Below are positions 13,493-25,391 of a stretch of 64,000 nt of DNA, piece after piece (position 1 is the stretch's first letter; each line of letters opens with the position of its first letter). Source of the stretch: Lama guanicoe (lineage: Eukaryota); the NCBI GenBank assembly GCA_013239625.1, contig MU054323.1:13065950-13129949 (forward strand). Reading direction: 5' to 3'. A program made the translations under genes and the position numbers. The notes beneath the pieces were generated by a model, which worked only from the letters and a program-made list of their open reading frames with translations, had not been told where the DNA came from and searched no databases.

Positions 13493-15519
13493 GTGACATG
13501 TGGGAACCACTATTGCACGAGGTCCAAGTATCGTAGGAGGAAAGGCTTGATAAGTGTGGTTGTGGGATGTGAGTTTTGCTTTTCATGTCAGGGTCAGGGC
13601 TCATCTTGGCAGTCAGGGAATCTGTCCCCCCCAGTTCAAGCCAGCCCCTCCTGTCTGCGTGCTCCGGGAGGCTGCTGCCAGAGCCCAGGAGAGGTAGGTA
13701 GAAGAGAAAATTGTCTCATTATTCTCCTTATTGTCCTTTTAAAATTTACAGAAAAATGGTATTGGGTATAGTCATACTATTATATAACATGGTCTTTTTT
13801 ATGTGAGTTTAAAGTTTTTTTTCCTTTCATTCTTTCCCTGCTGACCTTACTGTACCACGTACAAAATTTGAAGAGTTAAAAAAAAATGGCTGCCTTTTTA
13901 TACTTCTAACCCAACCATGTCCTCCTAAAGACAGGTCCTTGTATATTCCTGGTGGTTTTGGGAAGGTCTCAGGGCTTGGCTTCCATCTCGAGACCAGCCA
14001 TTGTAAGCCGCCCTGTGCAGCCTGCCTGGTGGGTTAGGAGACGTTTTGCGGTACACCTTGGGAGGGAGGGGAAGCGGAAATCATTCTCAGATGTTAAACT
14101 GCAACATGTTTCTAATTGAAAGCATGAAGAGAATGTATACATGAAAGTTGCCTGGGGGGTGATCTCTGGCTGAGGCTCAGCTTTGAAAGCCTCGTCCAGT
14201 CCTCGCTTGTGGCCACTTCTGTTCTCTCTGGGTGGAGCTCATTTCCATTCCTGTGACATTCCATAAATAACCGTGGCTGCATAGGGACCTGACAGTCATC
14301 AGCCGGCCAGGAAAATGCTGATAAATTAGAATCTTGAACTCTAGACGTGCATAGTTTTGACTTTGAATTCTAGAAGCCTAATATGGAAAGAGCCCTTGGG
14401 GACCATTTTAGAACAGGCAGCTCCTGCCCTCCCCCTGCCCCCGGACATGTACAGGAGCAGAGGCCAAGCTTCACTAACTTACCCCAGGGTCACCTTAGGA
14501 GCCGGCTGCATTTTTCTTTCCTTTTTTTTTTTAAAGTCCTTCCCAACTTTTAGAAAATTGGTCAGCCTAGTATTCTGACACTTGACAGCCCTTTCTTACC
14601 ATTATTTGCTGTAACTAATAGGAATTGCTTTGGAGGCAGATAGGGAAAATATCTTCTCTTTTTTGTAGAAAATCAGTAGGTTTCCAGGCTCTTAGGTGTT
14701 GGTCATTTGGCTACTCCATAACTGAGCTCCTCTGGTTCGTATCCCTCAGTCTATTTGTAACTGTTTGTGGACTGAGTCTTGTGTTGAATTTTATGGGAGA
14801 TTTAGTATTGGGATCTGCTTCAGGTCCAAGAGTTGAAGTCAGAGGTGGACTGATAGCAAGAGGTTGGCATAAATAAATGTACTTGGACAAATAAAGAAGG
14901 GACTGAAGGAATCACGCCCACAGACCTATGGCATTAACCTCATGAAAAGTAAGTCAGTAACATCTAAACTCCTAAGGTCCCACAGGGACCTTGCCTGTGA
15001 TATAAAATCCATTCAGCTCACCTGTGACCCATAGCCCTGCTAACTTTAAAACTGCTTGGCCACAGTCTGGTGATTCAAAGTACACACATCCTAGCAAATG
15101 GGGATAAAGAGGTTGTTTCTTTTGGGTTGTCTTTCATTATAAAGTTAGGGATGGTGTATGGTACACTGGCTTTAAAAAAATATTTGTGTGTGTGTACACA
15201 CACATCTATACACATATATATTTGTGTGTTTATTAGATGACGCTCAACCTCTCTGCCCTTGGTTTTTCTCTCCTGTTTAAAAAAAAAAAGAAAAGTGGGT
15301 CAGACTAAATTTTTGCAGCAGTCACTACGAGCTCTGATAGCTCATGGAAGATGAAGGCTGTAACACTTTTTGGGGTTTGGATCTGGGACTGGCCTTTTGT
15401 TTTTTGCCAGGTCTTGTTTGGATGTTTAAAATGTACACAGAACACAACTGGAAAAGAAGGGCAGAGTCCTTTCTTCAGCTTTTCCCCCTGTGTTTCTGAT
15501 GTGTTTCTGAGAGGCGGCT

Positions 15520-15760
15520 ATCGTAAAGCGGTTAAGGATGGTGATGTTGGAGCCAGTTCACATAAATTCAAATCCCAGCTCTTCTGTTTACTAATGACTA
15601 TGTGCTCTTTGGCAAATTATATAACCCCTGTGCCTGTTTCTTCATCAGTAAAATGGGCAAAATAAAATACCTACTTAAACCAGTTGCTGGGGGGTGAAAT
15701 TTGTCTGTCTGTGAGAAGACTGCCTGGCACAAAGGAAGCCATCGGTAAGTGTGAGCTGTT
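15520..15760. mobile_element. MIR SINE just upstream of the exon
   Basis: ttcaaatcccagctct...cctgtttcttcatcagtaaaatggg core, followed by tgcctggcaca. Confidence 0.75.
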
Positions 15761-15889
15761 ACCGTCACCCTCACCATCATTGTCCTTTTATCTTCATGGG
15801 GAGCAGCCTGGTGCTACTGGGAAGCCTTTGGAGGACTCAGAGTCTGCAGTGTTTTTCCTCAAAGTGTGTATTCTGTTGTCTTCCCGCAG

Positions 15890-16181
15890 CGAACTGTGTC
15901 CCGCCGTGCCAGAATGGAGGGATGTGCCTCCGGCCTCAGCTCTGCGTGTGCAAACCGGGGACCGAGGGCAGAGCCTGTGAGACGACGACTGCCCAGGACA
16001 CTGTGTCCCCAGTCTCTGGGGGACAGAGTCCTGCTTCCTCCTGGGCCGCCCCTGAGCCAGCAGCAAAGCACACTTCATCTAAGAAGGCAGACGCTCTACC
16101 GAGAGTCAGTCCCATGGCTCAGATGACCTTGACCCTCAAGCCAAAGCCTTCAGTGGGACTCTCGCAGCAGATACATTCTCA
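15890..16181 (+). CDS. LTBP1: Internal coding exon of latent TGF-beta binding protein 1 (long-isoform N-terminal region, probably exon 3): EGF-like domain followed by a Pro/Ser/Thr-rich linker
   Basis: Translation NCVPPCQNGGMCLRPQLCVCKPGTEGRACETTTAQDTVSPVSGGQSPASSWAAPEPAAKHTSSKKADALPRVSPMAQMTLTLKPKPSVGLSQQIHS(Q) closely matches the recalled LTBP1 sequence and has six EGF-pattern cysteines. Acceptor ttctgttgtcttcccgcag ends at 15889 and donor gtgagt starts at 16182. Length 292 nt, entering in phase 1 and leaving in phase 2. Confidence 0.95.
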
Positions 16182-17611
16182 GTGAGTGTTTTGACCTTGC
16201 CTCCAGCTCAGAAGCATCTAAGTTACTTTCTAGGATGCGTTGCTTTAAATCGCTTTTCCTGCACAGTTTGTAGAAATCACTTGGCTAATCATGTCTTTCT
16301 TTCCTTTTCTTAAGGTTTTCCATCTTATGTTTACACATCAAGTCTCTTAAAAATACTTGCTATGTGTGTTTAGCCTCTGCAGGGAAGATCTGCCGTAAGC
16401 GTTAACCAAAGCAGGTGCTGGGACTAAGGAGATCTAGGTTGGAAGGGAAAAATAAAGATAGCTATTTGATTATGGTGGAGTTGTAGGTTAAAAAAAATTT
16501 TTTTTTTCGGGGTCTGGGGTTGCTTTAAAGCTTTTGCAGTATCAGCTTAAAGGAGAAACAGTGAGTGTGATTTTGAAAGGTCCTTGCAAAAGGTAAGAAC
16601 TCAGCTTTGCATGGAGAAGGTGAGTCTTGGGAGAAAGAGAATTTCTCCACCTCTGTAGCAGGTTAAGTGTATCTTTTAACACCGTGTTTACCTCCCAGTT
16701 GCCATGCAGATCTGTTTTTGGTGAATGAGCTTGTGTTTTATTTATGGGAATGTGGTTTTTTCTTAGCGTTAGGAAGTGAGTGCTCTTCTGAGCAAAATGA
16801 GAACTCCGTAAGGACAGGGTCCTTTACACAAATTGTTTCCTTTTAATTAGCTACTCTCCATGGATAACGAGATGCAGAATTCACTGCAACTATCACTTGT
16901 CATTTGTCTAGGAATGTAAAATACAGGAAGTTCTCAACTTAAAAATGACCCAGCAGTTAATCTGTAAGTCACTTGCCTGGAATTTTGAATGCTTTCCCCT
17001 CCAGAGATAGCTTCCACCTGATGATTAGTATCCAGTCAGCCCACAGAAGTTATTTACTATAGATGAAATTATCCTAATTTATATTTCCCCTCTGAATAGG
17101 CCACCTACTGTCCCTGCTGAGTGGGGTCCTGATAACTTTCCCTTCTTTTATTCCTTCCCCAGTCCTCTTATTTCTGTTTTTTTTTCCCCCTCTCATTTCT
17201 TCTTGCTTCCTGCTTCATTTCTCCCATGATAAAAGCAATTTGGGGGCTGCTCTGGCATTGAACAATTTTGCTACCATGCCCATTGGAAAACACATCCTGC
17301 CACCCTCCACAAGAAGGAATGGTCGTTAGAGCCAGAGCTTAGTAAGGGCGTACTGCGTTCCAGGTGCTGGGTCACATGCTTTGTACGTATTATTAATTCA
17401 TAACTCACAATGATGCTCCATAAGGTACCATTATTAAACCCATTATACAGGTGGGGAAAGTGAGGTACAGAGTGGTTATGTAGTGTGCTCCAGGTCACAC
17501 AGTTAATATGTGAATGAGAATGGTATTAGGATTTAAATAGAGGCAGAATGAGGAGAACACATGTTAGGCTTTCACTGGAGGCAGGCAGGCTCCAGCTTCC
17601 GCACCCTGCAG

Positions 17612-17960
17612 GAGAGGGTGGCAGGCTTTCTCTGTAAAGGGCCAGACGGTGAATATTTGTAGCTTTGTGGGACATAGGGTTTCTGTTGCAGCTTCTCAGT
17701 TCTGCCATCGTAGCACAAAAGCAGCCACAGATGATGCGTCAGGGAATGAGTGTCAGTGTGCCAGCATAACTTTATTTATGGATGTTGAAATTTGCAGTTC
17801 ATAGAAATTTCATGTGTCACCCAATATTCTTGTTCTTGTTGTTTTTTTCTTTTCTCAACCATTTCAAAAATGTGAAACTGCTTCTCAGCTTGTGGGGCCA
17901 CACAGAAGCAGGCTGTGGCCAACTTTGGCCCCTGATGTGTAGTTTGCTGGCCTCCTCTGC
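17612..17960 (-). mobile_element. MER58B-like non-autonomous hAT element, in opposite orientation to the Cheshire copy
   Basis: tctgtaaagggccagacggtgaatattt...aaaagcagccacagat...actttatttatgga...gtagtttgctgg. The ends correspond to the reverse complement of the ends of 57375-59660. Confidence 0.85.
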
Positions 17961-18944
17961 AAGATAGTAGTGCTTTTTGTGGGTCAGGATTTGAATGTGA
18001 CTCTGTGTCTTTGAAATGATAAAAAGCTTTGATTATATACTAGCCAGACGTCTCTCTTCCAGCATTGTTCTTGATCTTAAAAACAAAGAACAACTCTGGT
18101 GAACTATGCCTTGGCAATCCAGAGTCAGGTTACTGTGCATTGCAATTATTTATTTATTTTCCTAGCATTATTAGTTACATAAACTGTGAAGTCATTTACA
18201 AGCGACATCATTCATCTTGAGTATCACCATCACCCTGTTAGAATTTGACCCTCTGTGGTGTGTATATATGGATTGTTAGTGAGAACCATATGTCAGATGT
18301 CAGGTAAAGGAGCAACCTTCCCCCCGCCAACCCCCCTTCCCTTTTTTCTTTTTCTTTTCTTTCTTTCTTTTTTCTTTTTTTGGTAGCAGCAGTGTGATTC
18401 CAGCAAGAATGTTGTGAGTTGAAGAGGAAGGTAAGGTTTCAGCTCTAACTTGGCTTTGGGAAAATACAAGTCATTAGATAATTTGCTTCAGAGACTTCAT
18501 CTGCTGAATGAAGATGCTTTTTACGATAGCATTGTTACAGGCGTGCGTTTATGGGTGTGCCTGCTTTGTGTTTTTGGATGAGGAGAATAGATGGCCCAAG
18601 ATGCTGACAATTCTGATGTTTTCTTCATAAACTTTTGTCAGTTGCCTGTTATCTGGGCACTGCAGGGACTCTTAAGTTGTATAAGATCCAGTTCTGCTCT
18701 TAAGGAGATTTTGATGTGACAGATTGGCTACTTTTGAGAAATGTAACAATTCCTAAGTTACCTTTTTTTTTTTTTTTTAAGGATAACCTACTTTAGGGTG
18801 TTTCAGGGTTTGGTTTGGTTTTTAACTAGAGAAGGAGGAAATTAATTGAGCCTCCTTAAAATGCTTTTAGACGTAAAGACACTTAAAATATCAAAATGTT
18901 TAGTGTTACATCCATATGTGGCCTATGAAATGCTACAGTCTTGA

Positions 18945-19350
18945 TCGTTTATTTAAGTTTTTATTGAGCTCGTGCTATGTCCTGTGCATTGTTTTAGGGG
19001 CTTGGGGTGTAACAGTGAACATCTCAACCTAATGTCTGCCTCCCTGGGGCCTCCAATCTGCAGTGGGAGAGACAGCTGATGAATGGGATAATTAAAACAT
19101 AGGTTAGATTGTGGTAAGTGCTGTGGAGAAAATGAAACTGTAGTAATGGACAGGGAGTACTGGGTGAGGGTGGGATGGGAAGGGGTGAGGGCCCTGGTGG
19201 TTTTAAATAAGTTGTCACAGAAGGTTCCGTTGAGAAGGTGACATTTAAGCAGAGGCCTGAAGGAGGCGAGGGCATAAATCATGGAGATGGAGGGGATGGG
19301 GCAGGGGCCCCAGCTGGCTGGAGCGTGCCTGGCATATTTGAGGAACAGTG
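18945..19350. mobile_element. L2 LINE fragment
   Basis: tttattgagc...tgtggtaagtgctgtggag...gagaaggtgacatttaagcagaggcctgaagga...gcctggcatatttgaggaacag. Confidence 0.7.
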
Positions 19351-19643
19351 ACTTTGGTAAAACTGTAATGTTAAAACTACACATTTTAGGCAGGTGGTTG
19401 TTAGATGAATTTGTTTTACCCTTGACCAGATTGATTTTAGACAGCTTGACTTCAAACCAGATACAAAGTTCTTTTGGAAATCGAAGGAGCAATTGTTCCC
19501 AGGTTTTGGAGTGCTAGGGACATGGAAGTCTAAGAACAGCTCTGGGGAAGGCCTGTGAGCTTGAAGAGATAGTTAAATTTGATGCAAAGAACCGGTGAAG
19601 AGCTTGCCTAGGAAAGGCAGTGGTGTGACGCCAGGAAGTTTGG

Positions 19644-20134
19644 TGTATTAGTTACCTACTGCTGTGTAACGGGTCACCCCCAAACTCAGCAGCCTAAAAC
19701 AATAAACATTTACTGTCTGACGATCTCTGCGGGTCAGGAATCTAGGAGGTGCTGAGCTCTAAGCTCTGGCTCAGGGTCTCCCATTGAGGTTGCAGTCAGC
19801 AGGCGTTGCTTGACTGGGGCTGGAGGACCCACTGCCAGGGTAGGGGGCTGCTCACTCCCATGGCTGTTGGTGGAGGCTTCACTTCCTTTCCACATGGCCC
19901 TCCCCTCTCCACAGAGCTGCCTGAGCATCCTCACAGTGTGGCTGCTGGCTTCTCCCTAAGCAAGAGATCCCCAGGCTACAGGGCCCTTTTAGTCTTGAAA
20001 ATGACACACCTTTCTCTCAGCCGTATTCTGCTCACTAGAAGTAAGTGGCTAAGTTGAGGGACTGTAATTAATCAGCTACCTTCTTTGAAGAGAGAAATAT
20101 CAAAGAATTTGTGAATGTATTTTAAAATGACCAC
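19644..20134 (-). mobile_element. MaLR (MLT1-type) solo LTR
   Basis: TG...CA termini and the start tgtattagttacctactgctgtgtaac...aaaacaataaacattta...gggtcaggaatc. Confidence 0.8.
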
Positions 20135-20646
20135 ATTTAGGATATGATTTGTTTGGAACTTGATATAAATGAAGACTAGTGGTAATAAGAGTTTTTAAAG
20201 ACTGGCTTAAACCCAAGTCAAAGTCTAAGACTTCAACAAAACGATTCTGAAAAGACACAAAGCAAAACAGAAAAAGTAATGAAGGGGGAACCTATAGCCT
20301 AAAAGAGATTTAAGAAACATATTAACCAACCAATCATAATATTTAGATTATATCTATCCAGATGCAGACAAACTAAAAGAAAAAGAATGATGATTTATAG
20401 GACAATTATGAAAATGCTGATGTTGATTGGAAATTTGATGATATAAAAGAATGATTATTGATTTTGAGGCCTGTGATGATGACCTTGTAGTTATATAAGG
20501 AAGGGAATCATATTAAAGTATTTACACATGAAATTATATGATGTCTGAGCTTTAACTGAAATTACCCAGTGGGTTGAGGTATAGAGGTAATAAGATTAGC
20601 CATGAGGGAATAATTATTGAAGCTGGATAATGGGTACACAATTCTT

Positions 20647-20812
20647 TTTATTTAACATTTTTTTATTGAGTTACAGTCATTTTACAATGTTGTGTCAAAT
20701 TCCAGTGTAGAACACAATTTTTCAGTTACACATGAACATACGTATATTCATTGTCACATTTTTTCTTCTCTCTGTGAGCTACCACAAGATCTTGTATATA
20801 TTTCCCTGTAGT
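20647..20812 (-). mobile_element. Young-looking short L1 3'-end insertion
   Basis: T-rich tail, tttattgagttacagtcattttacaatgttgtg, and a perfect 16 bp TSD tgggtacacaattctt at 20631-20646 and 20813-20828. Confidence 0.85.
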
Positions 20813-23800
20813 TGGGTACACAATTCTTATACAAGCCTCTCTACTTTTAAATTTCTACTTTTCTACTTTTAATTTTCTGTAACAGAGAGTAACAAAAAAG
20901 GGAAGAAGTTTCAGGTAGGAAGAATGCCACGGTTTTTCTTCTGCCTTGGGTGGTTAATCTGTAGTATCTAAAATGCATCAGAACTGTTGGTAATCGGAGG
21001 GTGTCTCTGTAACAGGTGTGGTAGTACTGGTAACAGAGAGAAAGGGAGTGAATTCAGGAGTTCTTGTTAATGAAAGACCGTGGTATGGTCCAGGCTTGGG
21101 ACTGTGGGAGAAAGGAAGGATGTGGAGGTCTTTCTGGCCTACTGTTTTCAAAGATTTCTTTGGTAGTATCATGGCTCTCCAAGGTCTTTGATGGTGGTTG
21201 ATACTTGGTAAATGAATGGTTTCTGGCAGAGCTTTATGGATAAATAGCCAAGATCATCCTGTGTACCCCATCAGGGACTAAAACCAAGTGGGTACCTGTG
21301 CTAGACGCCTGGCCACTTGGTCAGGTGTTGGTTCAGAAAGACTTTGGTCAGGGCATTCTGGCAGTAGTCATTGCTCTAGTTGCTAATTCCATTCCTGCTT
21401 TTCATGGAAGTCGATTATTATGGTGTCCCTTTTTCCAATTTTTTGTAGGCCACATCACGGATGCTCCATGAGCCAAAGAAAAGACCAAAGGATGCCTCAT
21501 CTTCCTGTATACAAATTTTGGCAGTTCTTTTTCTAATTCTTTGAACTTTTATGTCACTTAATAATACTGCATTCCTTAGAAGGTCCGTATGAACACTTCA
21601 GGTTACTTTCATAATTGCATCCTATAGATGTTACTTATATGTAGCTGTCAGTGTATTTGTGGAAGAATTGCCACTGTTAGGTCACAGGTGCAGCCCCTGT
21701 GTCTGCCTTTAGGACTATATGTGAAAACGTGTTAAAGCATATATGTTTTGGCCAGGAGCTCCACAAAGGAGCAAAACCCTAAACTTCAGTTTTCCAGAGC
21801 TTTTTCATCACCTGTCAGTATTGTTTTTCACATATATATTGAAGTTTCCCGTAAGAGTTTGTATTCAACCCTCAGTGCTGCTCAGTGAGGCTGTTTCGAC
21901 TTATGTAAGATGTCTTTATCCTCGTTAGTCGCGATGCATGTTTCAGGCACCGACTGCCTGCTGAACCTTGAGGTGGAGGTCGTGAGGGGCCTTCTTCCGC
22001 TGCTGATGTCTTCTGGTGGTGGGGAGCACATAAGGGCAAATGACCACCACTTTGCCATATGGGGAGCAGTTTATCTGTAGTGTGTAAGGAGGAAGCACTT
22101 TTGCAGGACACAGTATGCCCAGTCACCCCTCTTTGAGCTAGAGAAGGAAGTCTGGTTTTACTCAGGATGTGGGTGTCAAATCTATCTCAAGAGTTCACAT
22201 GTAATGCAGTGTTTTTTTTCTTTCCTGGTGATGGCTGTTTTCATCGTTTTATGTCCTGACATTTCAAAGGATGGTGGTTAGTTTCTCTGGAAAAAAAAAT
22301 AGCTTGGTCCTGTCTCAAGCCAGTTGAAGGACCTGAACTTACCTAGTGGTGTTGATTACCCATTTTTCCTGTCATCTTCTTCCCAGGGATGTGATGAAGG
22401 AGAAAGAAGCAAATTAGAAAATGGTCTCTTTTAAGACAGGAAGGATTCAAGTGTGTTCTCTATCTATCAAGTGGGCCTGTGATACGCCAGATATTTTCTA
22501 AATATAGGGAAGGCCCTTTAAAATCCGCACAGAGATGATGGGTTCCACTTTCAGAGGTCCTGAGAAGTGCCTACTTCACGTTTACCACGGGTCAGCTGAT
22601 AGGGAGCAGCGCTGAGTTATGTCTGTGCCGTGGAGAGCAGGGCGCTCCACTGTCCTCCATCTCTGCCCAACTCTTACCTTCCTGTCACTGTGGTTGAGTC
22701 TTAAGAAAAGAAAAAGAAAAAGGAAAACTATATGCCATGGTATCTGCAAGGAAGGGAAACTTTGTGGAATGTTCCCTGAAGCATTCTGCTCTCCTGGTTA
22801 CCAGCCACAACAGCAACCTAGTATCAACACATTCCCTTTATTTGGACTTTCTCATATTACCCCTAAGGGGGGAAAAAACTTATTATAAAACTACATCAAT
22901 AGGTGAAGCTTTCAGGAGAAATTTCAAGCTTTTTGCAGCTCTAATAGTTGAGATTGGGCCCTTGTCTGAATTTATGAATGAAGCCAGCAAACTGATCAGT
23001 GCTGAAACAGACGGTTTCCCCAGGTGATGCTTCAGACAGTGGGGGACCTTGCTCAATGTTGGCTCCCACCCCCCACTCTGCCGACCCTCCCCCCTGCTTC
23101 ATTCTGTGCTTCCTGTGCTTAACCGTTATTATAACGCTTACTACACAGCCTGTCATCTCTTTATCTACATAGGTACGCAGAAGGGCTACAAGAAATGTTT
23201 AATACATCTTTTTTGAGTTTTGCCTGCAGAAAAAAATACTAATATTGTCCAAGTCCCTGTCCAAAGATTGTTTGCATGAATACTTATATGGCAGGAGTGA
23301 CTTTTTTTCTCCTGGAATGACACCATGTGGCTTCGTAAAAGCCCTGAGTGGTTTGCCGAGTACTTCGCCTGCCTTGTTGAACTTGCCCAACAAGTCTACG
23401 AGATGAACCTTACTTCAGGATGTGGAAAAAAGGTGAAGTGGCAGAAAGTTGAAGACAGGGAACTCAGTCTGGGGATTTTAGCATTCCTGATGCTTCAGGG
23501 ATGTGATGGGAACTAAAAATGTGACTGATTTTATCATTTTATATGTGGGTCTTTTAAACTTTTTAAAAGTGGGAGTTAAATGGAAATTTCACACAGAGGG
23601 GTACTCAGATCAAAAGTATGCACGCCTGGTGATGACTCATGTCAGAGAGTCAACATTGCCGGCACCACAGTGCCTTGTTTTTCCTAAATCTGCCCTCTTT
23701 CTTATCCCCAAAGGGAGCCGCTATCTTGACTTCTAACACCAGAGATGAGTTCTGTTTCTGAGCTGTATATAAATGAATCATACAGTGTGTGTCTTCTCAC

Positions 23801-24499
23801 TCACCATTGTATCTGAGATGCATCTACATAGTTGTGGGTGACCAAAGTTCACATTTACATTCCAAAGATGATTCCATCGTGTGAATATACCACAACTTAT
23901 TATTTGTTCTGTTCTTGATGGATGTTTGGAATTTTCCCAGTTTTTGGTTCTTATGAATAATGCTGTGTGTGTAGGTATATGTGCCAATTCCAGAAAGAGA
24001 CCTCTGTGAATGAAGTCTTCAGGAAGACGAGCCCAACTAGACACAGCAGTGTCAAGGTTCGAGGAGGACCTCATAATCCAGCCTGTAAATTGTGATCATG
24101 TTTTGCCATCCGTTGGTCAGCACTGCTTTGTTGTCTGAGAAAAGCAGACGTATGAGGACAGTTGTGGGATGAGAGAGTGTTTGAGGAACTGGAAGCGAGG
24201 AACTTTCTCCTCCTGAGCAGGACTTGGCAGGAAGGGTGGACTGTGGGGTGGGGGTGGCAGAGGCAGAAGAAGGGGCCGGGTCACTTGTGCTTCATGATGT
24301 CTGTGCCCTGCTGGGTCCACAAGGATGTCTTGGCCAAGAGCAGTTTTGGGAGACAGCCTGTAACTGACTGGGTTTAAGTTCTGGTCCAGGGTAAGTAAAG
24401 AATTTTGTGGAAACTCAAAAGTTTGCAACTAAAAAGTGTGCATGCTGGGATGGTTTGCCCTCCAATTGAATTGCTAGAAATCAGGATGGTGTTTTGGTG

Positions 24500-24720
24500 C
24501 AGTATAATAATAGTGAATATTTACTGAGTGTTCTGTGCCAGGCACTATTTTAATTGCTTTTTGAGTATTCACTTAACCCTCTCCAAAGAATGTGACATAG
24601 ATTTATTATTATCCCCATTTCATATGATGAAGCAGCTCAGGTGCAGAAGTATTAAATCATTTGCCTAGGTTCACTGAGCTAGTGAGAGTCTGGATTCAGA
24701 TTTAGGAAGGCTGTGAAGTG
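24500..24720. mobile_element. MIR SINE
   Basis: atttactgagtg...tgtgccaggcact...attattatccccattt...atttgcctaggttcac. Confidence 0.7.
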
Positions 24721-24756
24721 AGTCTCTTTATAATGCCACTTTGTTTGCTGGCATTT

Positions 24757-25391
24757 GTATTAGTTTCCTATTGCTGCTGTAACAAATTACCACAAATTTA
24801 GTGACTTAAAACAGTTCAAATGTATTCTCATAATTCTGAGGTCAGATGTCTGAATTGGGGGTCTCACTGGGCTAAAATCAAGATGTTGGCAGGGCTCCTT
24901 TCCTTCCAAAGGGTCTAGGGGAGACCCTATTTCCTTGCCCTTATCCAGCTTCCAGAGCTTGCCTGCCTCCTGTGGCTCAGAGCCCTTGCTCCACCATCAA
25001 AGCTGACAGTCTCGGGCTGAGTCCTTCTCACTGCTGTTCTCTGGTTCTTCTGCTTCCCTCTTCTACTTTTAAGAACACTTCTTGGGGTGGGGAGAGTAGA
25101 GCTCAGATGATGGAGTGCATGCTTAGCATGCATGAGTCCTGGGTTCAATCCCCAGTACCTCCTCCAAAAATAAATAAACCTAATCACCCCCCCCCCAATT
25201 TATAAGAAAACTTCAAGTAACACTGGGCCCAGCTGAATAGTCAGGATAATTTCCCCATTTCAGGGTCAGCTGATGAGCAAGCAGCCTTAATGCCACCTGC
25301 AGCTTTGACTTCCCTTTGCCGTGTGACCTAGCGTTAGGCACAGGTTCTAGAAGGGGATGAGGACGTGGGCTTCTTTATTCTGGCTGCCACA
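24757..25391 (-). mobile_element. MaLR (MLT1-type) solo LTR interrupted by a SINE
   Basis: Starts tgtattagtttcctattgctgctgtaacaaattaccacaaatttagtgacttaaaaca and ends gctgccaca. Confidence 0.85.
25082..25202 (+). mobile_element. tRNA-derived SINE (Vic-1-like)
   Basis: agctcag...gagtgcatgcttagcatgcatgagtcctgggttcaatccccagtacctcc, with near-perfect TSD taagaacacttc / taagaaaacttc. Confidence 0.88.

Larger units (their letters stand above)
1..15889 (+). other. LTBP1: LTBP1 intron upstream of the exon (partial)
   Basis: Ends in a polypyrimidine tract plus CAG. Repeat-rich, with no other recognisable exon. Confidence 0.8.

Noticed and set aside
15751..15889. N-terminal part of the 144 aa ORF containing the exon
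   Set aside because: Lies upstream of the splice acceptor and is intronic. The start is a GTG at the edge of a MIR.
21425..21605. Acceptor-like tract (ttttccaattttttgtag) suggesting a cryptic exon
   Set aside because: No strong matching donor or recognisable peptide, and such tracts are frequent in AT-rich introns.
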